Positions 22,286 to 30,968 of a DNA stretch of 32,000 bases are shown here, piece by piece. The position numbers were made by a program, and so were the translations under genes. This DNA is from Nitrosopumilus maritimus SCM1 (GTDB taxonomy: Archaea; Thermoproteota; Nitrososphaeria; Nitrososphaerales; Nitrosopumilaceae). The DNA is taken from contig NC_010085.1 in NCBI RefSeq assembly GCF_000018465.1, positions 1,590,001 to 1,622,000 on the forward strand, in the 5' to 3' direction. A model generated the notes under the pieces. The model was not told where the DNA came from and did not search any database. It saw nothing but the letters and a program-made list of their open reading frames with translations. Numbering within the stretch: the first letter of the stretch is position 1; every line of letters begins with the position of its first letter.

Positions 22286-24061
22286 TTGGCAATTTCAATA
22301 AATCTTGGTAAAAAACTTGTTTTGCTTGTCATGCTCGTAACAATGACTGCGTTAGGAATTACATCTTACATGAGTATAGATTATTCCGCTGAAACCTTGA
22401 AACAAAGAGGCGGAGAGTTGTTACATGGTGAATCTGATATTAGAGGAGAATCTTTAAGATTACTTTTTGAAACAAGAATTGAACAAAACAAAATTCTTGC
22501 AAATGATCCTATGATTCGATTGTTAGTTTCGGAGATGGATGGACTTTCAGGACAAGAACTAAAATCTATGAAAGAAGAAAAACGTAGAGATTTTCTGATT
22601 CAAGTACAAGCATTTCAAGAGCTTGCTGGATTTTCAATTGGGTTTGAAGATACTAAAATAATTGGTAATAATGGAAATGTGTTCTTTTCACTTGTAGGAA
22701 TTTCTGATGAGGATTTTTCTCAAAATGAATTCTTTCAAAGAGGACTAGAAGGATCTTTTGTTGATTTTGAACAATCAGGAATGGGTAAAAAAATGATCGT
22801 AGTCTCTCCAGTTTATGCTGCTGATAGTAAAATTGGAGATGAGCCAATTGGGGTCATCATTTCTAGAATGAGAACTGCAGCACTTGACAATATTTTGCTT
22901 AACAGAAGTGGATTAGGTGAAACAGGTGAAGTATACATTGTCAACAAGGATTTTGTAATGTTATCTGAATCTAGATTTTTTGAAAATGCAGTATTTGAAC
23001 AACGAGTAGATACAGTCGGCGTTCAAGAATGTTTTTCTAATAACATGGAACATGTTGGAGTTTATCCTGACTATAGAGGAATTTCAATATACGGTTCATC
23101 TTACTGTATGCCAGAATACGGAATTGTTTTACTTGCTGAGATGGATGAAGAAGAACTGATTGAGCCAATAGAAATTCTACAAACTAGAATCATCCTTACT
23201 AGTTTACTCATAATATTGGCAATGGGATTAGTTGCATTTTTTGCTGCAGAATCATTATCACACCCATTACGGGCACTCAAAAAAGCTGCAAATAAAATTG
23301 CAGATGGGAATTTTGAGGTTAGGACCAATATCAAAACAAGAGATGAGATCGCAGATTTATCTAATGCATTTGATTTGATGGCACAAAAATTACAAGAATC
23401 ATTAATTGAAATTAAACAAAAGGACGAAGTCATCAAACAGCTTGAAGGAGACATGTTGTTAAAGTTCTCACAACATGAAGAGAATGATTGTGTAGGAGTA
23501 ATTGACATGGCAGACTCTACTAGAATATCATCAAAATTATCTGATCAAGATATTTCAAAACTATATGAAATATTTTTGAATTTTATGGCAAAGATTGTTC
23601 TTAGACATAAAGGAGAAGTCATAAAAAATATTGGAGATGCATTGATGTTCAGATTTGCAAATGTGGATACCAGTAATGATGAAGAATTAAAAAATATTTT
23701 AGAATGTTGTTTAGATATGACTGAATCTCACGGTAAATTAGATGAGGAGCTCAAGAAAGCAAATTTGCCTAGTTTAGATTATAAAATAAGTTTAACATAC
23801 GGTCCTGTAAAAGTAGCTGAAAGTACTACTTCAAAAATTAGTGATGTTTTTGGTCCTACCGTAAATAGATGTTTTAAAATCAATTCACTTTGTCCTAAAA
23901 ATAGTATAGTTGTCGGTGAAAATGTTCATAATATTTTCAGAGATTTTTCAGAATACGAATTTACAGAATTATGTATAATTGAATTAAAACAAAAATATGG
24001 TTACAATATTTTTGAAGTTAGAAGAAAAGGACTCGATGGTTTCGGGTCAAAATCTGATTAA
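22286..24061 (+). CDS. membrane sensor: TM - double-Cache-like extracytoplasmic domain - TM - HAMP - class III adenylate/guanylate cyclase-like domain
   Basis: TM1 spans aa 11-29, followed by a ~270-aa external domain and TM2 (aa 301-321). HAMP: PLRALKKAANKIADGNFEVRTNIKTRDEIADLSNAFDLMAQKL. Cyclase motifs: VGVIDMADST, EVIKNIGDALMF and SDVFGPTVNRCFK. The TTG start is preceded by AAGGAG 5 nt upstream. Confidence 0.8.
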   Translation: MAISINLGKKLVLLVMLVTMTALGITSYMSIDYSAETLKQRGGELLHGESDIRGESLRLLFETRIEQNKILANDPMIRLLVSEMDGLSGQELKSMKEEKRRDFLIQVQAFQELAGFSIGFEDTKIIGNNGNVFFSLVGISDEDFSQNEFFQRGLEGSFVDFEQSGMGKKMIVVSPVYAADSKIGDEPIGVIISRMRTAALDNILLNRSGLGETGEVYIVNKDFVMLSESRFFENAVFEQRVDTVGVQECFSNNMEHVGVYPDYRGISIYGSSYCMPEYGIVLLAEMDEEELIEPIEILQTRIILTSLLIILAMGLVAFFAAESLSHPLRALKKAANKIADGNFEVRTNIKTRDEIADLSNAFDLMAQKLQESLIEIKQKDEVIKQLEGDMLLKFSQHEENDCVGVIDMADSTRISSKLSDQDISKLYEIFLNFMAKIVLRHKGEVIKNIGDALMFRFANVDTSNDEELKNILECCLDMTESHGKLDEELKKANLPSLDYKISLTYGPVKVAESTTSKISDVFGPTVNRCFKINSLCPKNSIVVGENVHNIFRDFSEYEFTELCIIELKQKYGYNIFEVRRKGLDGFGSKSD

Positions 24062-25212
24062 TTTTTAGAAAAACCAAATCTAGATGCCCATCCTGATTTT
24101 TGTTTCTTTGTTGGTTTTTTTGATAGATTGTTAAGCATGTCATATGTGATTGTAAATCCATGGCCAACCATGGTTGCATCATTTGTATAATTCTCCTTGT
24201 TAGGAACAAATTCGTCTGCCAAATCTTTGATTTTCTTTGTTTTTAGATCAAATAATCTTATTTTCTTACCATTCTCTAATTCAATTTTAGCATCACCACT
24301 CAATCCTTGTATTGAGAAATTTTCAAAGAATCGAATTGAGCCTCCTTCTTTTAGTTTGATTACAGAATCATAGGTAAGTTTTCCTCCATAAAATAAGACC
24401 TCGCGTGCAGAAATTCTCACATCATCTTCCACATTTAGCACAATAACAGTATCAGCATCTAATGATACAGTATTGACTACATTTTCAGCAATAATTTTTC
24501 CATTTGGAGCAGAAATACTAGTTCTATGCTCTAGAATTTTATAGACGCCAACTTTACCATCAGGATCTTCAACTCTGAATTTTCTGCCAAAAATATTTCC
24601 CACAACAACATTTCCGTTATCTACAGTAATTTGTGCCCCATTTTCAATTTTGTATTTATTTTCCACAGGATCAAAAAATTTGAAGTCTCCTTTTGTTAGA
24701 TGAATGTTTGTTTGAAATTCTCTAGTCCATGACGGACTAGTGATACTTCCTTGCATAGTAATTGGACCGTCATAAGTTAAACTTCCTGCCATGAAATTTC
24801 CTTTAATAGACAAAGCACCATTAGCTTTTCTTTCTAATTCAATTTCACCAAGAGTTTTTGAACCAAATAATCTAGTTCCAGTAGAATTTGCTCTGTTGTG
24901 TGCAGCAGCCCATTCTTCGGCTGTTTTCATTTCTTTAGATAGTTGTTGACCCAAAATCTGATTTTTTCTTCTTACATCAGCTTCAGATTCATCAGAATAA
25001 ACTCTAGAGTTTTTTATTTTTTCAATATCTGTTTCGGGATATTTTTTTCCAATTTTTAGATCTTCATATGCTTGTTTAATTTTTATGAATTGTTCATTTT
25101 CTCCACCACGATCAGAGTGATATTGAAGAGCTAATCTTCTAAATGCATCACGGATCTCTTTTTCAGTAGTCCCTTCAACAATTCCTAGGATATCATAATT
25201 ACTTTCAACCAT
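24058..25212 (-). CDS. J-domain protein (HSD variant of HPD) with a large beta-rich C-terminal domain
   Basis: N-terminal YDILGIVEGTTEKEIRDAFRRLALQYHSDRGG..FIKIKQAYEDL is a J domain. Codons CAC TCT GAT (25111-25119, minus strand) give HSD. The C-terminal ~250 aa is repetitive beta-strand-like (GN.., VDNGNVVVGNIFG). Confidence 0.8.
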   Translation of the reverse strand: MVESNYDILGIVEGTTEKEIRDAFRRLALQYHSDRGGENEQFIKIKQAYEDLKIGKKYPETDIEKIKNSRVYSDESEADVRRKNQILGQQLSKEMKTAEEWAAAHNRANSTGTRLFGSKTLGEIELERKANGALSIKGNFMAGSLTYDGPITMQGSITSPSWTREFQTNIHLTKGDFKFFDPVENKYKIENGAQITVDNGNVVVGNIFGRKFRVEDPDGKVGVYKILEHRTSISAPNGKIIAENVVNTVSLDADTVIVLNVEDDVRISAREVLFYGGKLTYDSVIKLKEGGSIRFFENFSIQGLSGDAKIELENGKKIRLFDLKTKKIKDLADEFVPNKENYTNDATMVGHGFTITYDMLNNLSKKPTKKQKSGWASRFGFSKN

Positions 25213-25311
25213 GTCTGATAGTCCCCGAATAATTTTTCATAATTCCTATACTTGTAGGTTATCACATTTAGAGAATATCAAGGGTTTGAAAAGAAAAATT
25301 AGAAAGATGTA

Positions 25312-25740
25312 CTATTTGACAACTAGTACAGGTATCTTGGTTTTGTGCATGACATAGTTTGATGTGCTTCCAAGAAATGCTTCTTTGGCGCCACCCATGC
25401 CTCTTGCACCAATTACGATCATGTCAAATTTACCTTTTTTAGCATATTTGACAATTTCAGAGCCGGTGTGACCACCACCTGTTTGATACTTGAATTTGGC
25501 GCCAGCTTTTTGGGCTTTTTGCATTGCAGGACCAATTGCTTTTACAGCCTTTTTCTGGGCGTCATCTTTCATCTTTTGTGTATATTTTATTCCTGCTGCA
25601 ATAGGTAAATGAAATACGTAAAAGCCGGTAATTTCAGCACCGCTACCTTTTGCAATTTCAATTGCTCTATCTAGACCACGTGTAGCATTTGCTGAGCCAT
25701 CAAGTGGAACAAGAATTTTTGAGAATTTTCCCATAATCAA
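25312..25740 (-). CDS. universal stress protein (UspA family)
   Basis: KILVPLDGS at the N-terminus. MIVIGARGMGGAKEAFLGSTSNYVMHKTKIPVLVVK is the ATP-binding-type USP C-terminus (G-2x-G-9x-G-S/T). Confidence 0.9.
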   Translation of the reverse strand: MIMGKFSKILVPLDGSANATRGLDRAIEIAKGSGAEITGFYVFHLPIAAGIKYTQKMKDDAQKKAVKAIGPAMQKAQKAGAKFKYQTGGGHTGSEIVKYAKKGKFDMIVIGARGMGGAKEAFLGSTSNYVMHKTKIPVLVVK

Positions 25741-25818
25741 AAAATAAAATTATTCAATATAAGAAACAGAGGCGATTTTCAGTATTGAAAATTATGTTAT
25801 AGGATATAGGTTAAATTT

Positions 25819-27138
25819 TTGAATTTAGTAAGAAAACAACAAATGTCAGAATTAGATCGTCACATGGGACTTTTTCATCTTACCATGTATGGTGTCGGAT
25901 TAATTTTGGGTGCAGGAATTTATGTATTAATTGGAGAAGCTGCTGAATTTGCAGGAAATTCAATGTGGATTTCTTTTTTGATGGCTGCAATAGTTGCTAT
26001 GTTTGCAGGATTAAGTTATGCTGAATTATCTGCATTATACCCAAAAGCAGCAGCAGAATACACTTTTGTAAAGAATGCATTTAAGAATAATTTTTTTGGT
26101 TTTATTATAGGATGGCTAACAGCCATTACAGGGGTCATAGTTGCAGCAACAGTTTCACTAGGATTCGGAGGGTACCTTACTCAGTTTATTGATTTACCAA
26201 TTACAATTAGTGCTGTTTTTCTCATTATTATTTTATCTATTGTTAATTTTATCGGAATAAGAGAATCTGCTTGGGCAAATACCATTTTTGCATTAATTAC
26301 TGCAGCAGGACTTGTTCTCATTATTTTTCTTGGTTTTTCAATGGAACCAATTGAACCGATTGATTATTTTGAAGCACCAACCGGAATGACTGGCATAATT
26401 CTAGCATTTGTGTTAATTTTCTTTGCCTTTATTGGATTTGAAGATATGGCAAATGTTGCTGAAGAAGTTAGAAAACCAAAGAAAACAATTCCAAGAGCAA
26501 TAATTTTGTCCATAGTGATAACTGGGATAATTTACATCCTAGTTTCGTTAGCATCAATTCGAATTCTGAATTGGGAGAATTTAGCTTTATCTTCAGCACC
26601 TTTAGCAGATGTTGCACATTCCGCAATAGGCGTGAACGGGAGTATCACACTTTCATTAATTGCGCTTTTTGCTACGGCAAGTACTGTTCTAATTACACTA
26701 GTTGCAAATGCTAGAATTCTTTACGGTATGGCAAAGAGCAATTCTCTTCCTAAATTTTTGTGCAAAGTTCATCCAAAAACTAAAACTCCATGGCTAGCTG
26801 TTATTGGAACTTTAGTGGCGTCAGTAGGTTTTGCCTTTGTTGGAGATATAGTAGTTATTGCAAATATCGTCGTTTTTGCAGTAGTAATTACTTTTGCAGC
26901 AATTAACTTGGCAGTGATTGTTCTGCGATATACAGAACCAGTTTTAGAAAGACCATTTAGAGTTCCAGTAAATGTTGGAAAATTTCCAGTTCTACCATTG
27001 TTTGGATTTGGTACAACGATTTACATGGCATTACAGTTTGAAGTTGAAGTAATTCTTGTTGGATTAGTAATAATTGCAATTGGTTCTGTTTTGTATGTGA
27101 TTTTAAAGAGAAGAAAAGATTTTATGAATTCTGATTAA
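25819..27138 (+). CDS. APC-superfamily amino acid/polyamine permease
   Basis: About 12 TM helices. The N-terminal LTMYGVGLILGAGIYVLIGEAA motif is typical of APC transporters. ATG 25843 is an alternative to TTG 25819. Confidence 0.9.
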   Translation: MNLVRKQQMSELDRHMGLFHLTMYGVGLILGAGIYVLIGEAAEFAGNSMWISFLMAAIVAMFAGLSYAELSALYPKAAAEYTFVKNAFKNNFFGFIIGWLTAITGVIVAATVSLGFGGYLTQFIDLPITISAVFLIIILSIVNFIGIRESAWANTIFALITAAGLVLIIFLGFSMEPIEPIDYFEAPTGMTGIILAFVLIFFAFIGFEDMANVAEEVRKPKKTIPRAIILSIVITGIIYILVSLASIRILNWENLALSSAPLADVAHSAIGVNGSITLSLIALFATASTVLITLVANARILYGMAKSNSLPKFLCKVHPKTKTPWLAVIGTLVASVGFAFVGDIVVIANIVVFAVVITFAAINLAVIVLRYTEPVLERPFRVPVNVGKFPVLPLFGFGTTIYMALQFEVEVILVGLVIIAIGSVLYVILKRRKDFMNSD

Positions 27139-27791
27139 TTCTTTTTAGATTTTGCAAGTGCGACAATTGCAATTGCTATACCTATTAGTCCAAAACCTAT
27201 TCCTGCATAACCCATATCCATTTGTTGTGGAGTTTCTTCTAGGTTATTGACAGAATCTTTCAGATCACTAATGTCTTCGATTAATGCAGTGTGTCCATCA
27301 ATCATTTGTTGTACAGTAATATCAGATGGTTCAGGGAACTCAATGTATGCTCGTTCTGCAACTTTTGGGGGATGCATTGATAAACTAATTGGAGTATCTT
27401 CAATTGTTCCCAACATATTTGCTTGATAAAATCCAGATACGGTTGGATTTACAAATGCATAGTATTTTCCAGGAATGTTGTGATCAGGAGATAGTGGGAG
27501 TGTTATACTTTCATCTTTGTAAATTAATTGCATTTTTACTGTTTTTTTCAAACCTTCAACTCCATTTTGAAATTCTTGTGATTCAGCACATTTGATTGGA
27601 TCTGTAATTTCAGGACATGGATCCATAGGACTAACATAGAATTCAATAGCATTTGTTTCTCCTGAGACAACTGGTTCATTCATCCAACCAATCTCTACCC
27701 TATATTCCCCAACAGCATCAACAGTATGTCCATATGCAATACCAATTGAGCCTGGAATAATTAGCAAGAGAAGCAATATGCTTAGTTTCAT
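27135..27791 (-). CDS. exported, C-terminally membrane-anchored protein with predicted N-terminal His after signal cleavage (hypothetical)
   Basis: Signal peptide MKLSILLLLLIIPGSIGIAYG followed by HTVDAVGEYRVEIGWMNEP. C-terminal TM helix GIGFGLIGIAIAIVALA plus KSKKN. Confidence 0.6.
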   Translation of the reverse strand: MKLSILLLLLIIPGSIGIAYGHTVDAVGEYRVEIGWMNEPVVSGETNAIEFYVSPMDPCPEITDPIKCAESQEFQNGVEGLKKTVKMQLIYKDESITLPLSPDHNIPGKYYAFVNPTVSGFYQANMLGTIEDTPISLSMHPPKVAERAYIEFPEPSDITVQQMIDGHTALIEDISDLKDSVNNLEETPQQMDMGYAGIGFGLIGIAIAIVALAKSKKN

Positions 27792-27862
27792 AATAAAAAA
27801 AATCTATGATTGATTTTAAAAATGTTCTATGTTAATTGGAAAGAATTTGAGCTTTGTACCAA

Positions 27863-29308
27863 TTATGCATCAGCATACATTGAAACTTCCCAAGCTGTTG
27901 GAGTTTGAGCAAATGCAACATATTCCTTGTATTTTAATTCAGAATACACATTAAGGAAATCTTTGGTAAAAACTTCTTCAAGGAATTTTGAATCAGATCC
28001 CAAAGAATCAAGAGCACCTTTCAAAGATACAGGTAATGAACCAATTTTGTATTCTCGTTTCTTTTCTGCAGAAAGTTTGTAGACATTTTCTTCAATTGGA
28101 TCACCAGGATCAATTTTGTTTTTAATTCCATCTAAGCCTGCAAGTAATAATGCAGCTTCTAAGAGATAGATGTTTGCAGTAGGATCAGGAACTCTGTATT
28201 CTAGTCTCTTACTTTTTTCTTGATTTCTATTATACATTGGAACTCTTATTGCAGCAGATCTGTTTGCCAATCCCCAACAAACATTGACAGGTGCCTCAAA
28301 GCCAGGAACAAGACGCTTATAGGAATTGGTGGTCGGATTGGAAATTGCACATAATGCTGATGCGTGACTTAAGATTCCACCAATATAGTATCGTCCGGTT
28401 TGACTCATTTGTGCAAGTTCATCATTTTCATCATACATTGCATTTGAATCTCCATTCCACAAGCTTTGATGAGTATGCATTGCTGATGCATTATCACCAA
28501 AAATTGGTTTTGGCATAAATGTTGCAACTTTATTTTTTCGTTTAGCTTTAACTTTAACTAAATTTTTTACTCCAATAACATTATCAGCCATTTGTATCAT
28601 TTCATCATATACAAGATTAATTTCACATTGACCAGAAGTTGCTACTTCATGATGTTCAGCTTCAATTTTGATGCCAAAGTGGTTGTATAGATCATCACAA
28701 ACATCTTTTCTAAATCCTTCAAGTGTATCTTTAGGTTGAGATGGATAATATCCTTCTTTGATGTCTATTGCAGTACTTACATTTCCTTTAGCCCAAGGTG
28801 ATTCCTTAGATTCAATTGAATAGCCTGAACCACCGTACGAATGTGTTGCTGCATATGGAGATGGATAAACATTGATAGTATCAAATACAAAAAACTCTAT
28901 TTCAGGTCCCCAATTGGTATGAGTAAATCCAAATTCGCCTAGTTTCTTTGATGCTTTATGTGCAATACCTCTTGAATCTCTATTGTATCTTGAGCTTTCA
29001 TCTGTGCTACCATCATACAAATCACAAAATATTCTGGCATTTGTTCTATGTCCAGGATCATAATCAGATGGAAGAATTTTAAATGAATTTGGATCAGGCA
29101 TTAAAATCATATCAGAATTATTTACTGACTTGAATCCAACGATTGAACTTGCATCTAGTTTTTCAAGACCATTAACAAAACTATTTTTATCAATTGCATA
29201 GCTTGGCATTCCAACATTATGTAATTCACCAAAGATGTCTACAAACCAAAAATCAATAAATGCAATTTTTTCATCTTGTATAGTCTGTAATACTTGATCT
29301 GCGTTCAA
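27863..29308 (-). CDS. glnA: glutamine synthetase, type I
   Basis: 481 aa. N-terminal beta-grasp IAFIDFWFVDIFGELH. FMPKPIFGDNASAMHTHQSLW and NSYKRLVPGFEAP are canonical GS motifs. TTG is the only start that retains the N-domain. Confidence 0.95.
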   Translation of the reverse strand: MNADQVLQTIQDEKIAFIDFWFVDIFGELHNVGMPSYAIDKNSFVNGLEKLDASSIVGFKSVNNSDMILMPDPNSFKILPSDYDPGHRTNARIFCDLYDGSTDESSRYNRDSRGIAHKASKKLGEFGFTHTNWGPEIEFFVFDTINVYPSPYAATHSYGGSGYSIESKESPWAKGNVSTAIDIKEGYYPSQPKDTLEGFRKDVCDDLYNHFGIKIEAEHHEVATSGQCEINLVYDEMIQMADNVIGVKNLVKVKAKRKNKVATFMPKPIFGDNASAMHTHQSLWNGDSNAMYDENDELAQMSQTGRYYIGGILSHASALCAISNPTTNSYKRLVPGFEAPVNVCWGLANRSAAIRVPMYNRNQEKSKRLEYRVPDPTANIYLLEAALLLAGLDGIKNKIDPGDPIEENVYKLSAEKKREYKIGSLPVSLKGALDSLGSDSKFLEEVFTKDFLNVYSELKYKEYVAFAQTPTAWEVSMYADA

Positions 29309-29395
29309 TTGATATTTTTAGAAAATCAATTTACTAATGTTATCATGTAAGATAGATTTGTCAAGATGGTCAGGTAAATTAAAAAAATTTCAGAA

Positions 29396-30742
29396 TTAAC
29401 TGGTTTTTGATGCTTTTATGGCATCTAATTCATCTTCAAAGAAGAATTTATCACCAAATGCAGGTTTTAGATCATCTAACCAAATTGCATTTTCATCATA
29501 TTTTGCAAAAAATGGTTCTTTAATCCAATTTGGATTTCTACCTTGCAAAAATCTCAAAATTAGTAATTTTTCACCATTAATTTGTGTGGTTCCTACAACT
29601 TGGACTTTTCCTGGTGTTGCAGACATACTTGGTCCACGAACAGTTCTACCTAATCCACTAACAGTTGAGTAAGCCTGACTAAAGATTTCATATGCTTTGA
29701 CTAAAGGCACACCAAAGTAATGTTGAGCTCCAGTATCTCTTACAACAAACATGTAGTAGGGGATACAACCAAGTTGAACTTGTTTTGTCCACATATTTGC
29801 CCACATTTCTGCATCATCATTGATATGAGCTAAAAGTGGAGATTGAGTTCTAATCTGGGCACCAGTTTTCCTTACTTCTTTGATTGCTGATTTTACAGCA
29901 TTGGTAGATAATTCGTTTAGATGATTAAAATGTGCCATGAATGCAAGATGCAGACCACTGTCAGTGATCTTTTGGAAAACTTGTAACATTTCTTGGGAAT
30001 CTGAATCAGTCAAAAATTTGTATGGCCAATAGGAGAGAGCTTTTGTTCCAATTCTAATAGTTTTGAGATTTGGTAATTTTGCTTCAATTAATGCATCAAC
30101 ATATTTTGAAAACATTTTTGCTTTCATTATCATTGGATCACCACCAGTGAAAAGAACATCAGAAATTTCAGGGTGTTCTGAAACATATTGAACAAGTTGT
30201 TCTCCCTCTTGCATTGCAAATTTCATTTCATCCATTCCCACAAACTGTGGCCATCGGAAACAAAAACTACAGTATGCATGGCAAGTTTGACTTTGACTTG
30301 GAAAGAATAAACAAGTCTCTTTGTATTTGTGTTGCATTCCATACAATTTTGTGCCATCTTTTAGAGTTGGAACATTTAGTTCCATCTGTCCAGCTGGATG
30401 AGGATTAAGTTGTAAGCGAATTTCATTTGCAACATTTGCTATTTCTTTTTTATCTGAAGTATTTTTTAGAGTATTTTCCATTTTTGCATAATGTTCTGGT
30501 TTTAACATTCCTCTCTGAGGAAATGTCAATACATACATTGGATCGTTTGGAATATCATTCCAATTAATTAATTGTTCAACAACATAGTTATTTGCCTTGA
30601 ATGGTAAAACATTTCCCACAACTTCCATTTCAAATTGTTTTTCTTCAGAAATATTCTGAATTTGTGGAAGATCGCGAAAATTTGATAATGTATATGATTT
30701 TAGCGAAGGGGAATCATCCCAAACTGATTCTTGATAGGTCAT
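29396..30742 (-). CDS. KamA-family radical SAM 2,3-aminomutase (substrate uncertain)
   Basis: CHAYCSFCFR (CxxxCxxC at C154/C158/C161). HKYKETCLFF precedes it. FTGGDPM is present, along with the candidate PLP-lysine segment ATPGK. 448 aa. Confidence 0.85.
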   Translation of the reverse strand: MTYQESVWDDSPSLKSYTLSNFRDLPQIQNISEEKQFEMEVVGNVLPFKANNYVVEQLINWNDIPNDPMYVLTFPQRGMLKPEHYAKMENTLKNTSDKKEIANVANEIRLQLNPHPAGQMELNVPTLKDGTKLYGMQHKYKETCLFFPSQSQTCHAYCSFCFRWPQFVGMDEMKFAMQEGEQLVQYVSEHPEISDVLFTGGDPMIMKAKMFSKYVDALIEAKLPNLKTIRIGTKALSYWPYKFLTDSDSQEMLQVFQKITDSGLHLAFMAHFNHLNELSTNAVKSAIKEVRKTGAQIRTQSPLLAHINDDAEMWANMWTKQVQLGCIPYYMFVVRDTGAQHYFGVPLVKAYEIFSQAYSTVSGLGRTVRGPSMSATPGKVQVVGTTQINGEKLLILRFLQGRNPNWIKEPFFAKYDENAIWLDDLKPAFGDKFFFEDELDAIKASKTS

Positions 30743-30968
30743 TTAGTAAATAGTATGTTCACCCTTGTTAAAGGTTACAGGCTCAATACTATTAATTTTC
30801 TATAAATAATGATAATATGCCTTAACGTTTTATTCAAGAATATGAATTGGAGTAAAATGGTGACTAAATCTGGCTGAAGAAGACTTAACACAAATCTCTG
30901 TTGGTGAATTTGAAACAGTTTCTCAGTTATTAGCATCTTCGGAGTCACTTCAAATTGCATTTACAATA

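Noticed and set aside
22132-22332. 66-aa minus-strand ORF in the ferredoxin-cyclase spacer
   Set aside because: It overlaps the SD-like element and start of the sensor gene. The sequence is basic and low-complexity with no supporting signals.
23101-23508. 135-aa ORF antisense to the HAMP/cyclase region
   Set aside because: The plus-strand frame carries the coherent TM-HAMP-cyclase motifs. The antisense product is Ser/Cys/Ile-rich low complexity.
30809-30877. Possible C/D-box sRNA (ATGATAA ... TGGTGA ... CTGA) in the aminomutase-MscS spacer; a similar look was given to 18343-18420
   Set aside because: The C box is degenerate, there is no D-prime box, and the box spacing (about 68 nt overall with a 42-nt internal gap) does not fit the compact archaeal C/D architecture.
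30775-30960. 61-aa minus-strand ORF between the aminomutase and MscS genes
   Set aside because: It overlaps the open N-terminal frame of the MscS gene and the divergent promoter region. The peptide is Leu/Ile/Gln-rich with no motif.
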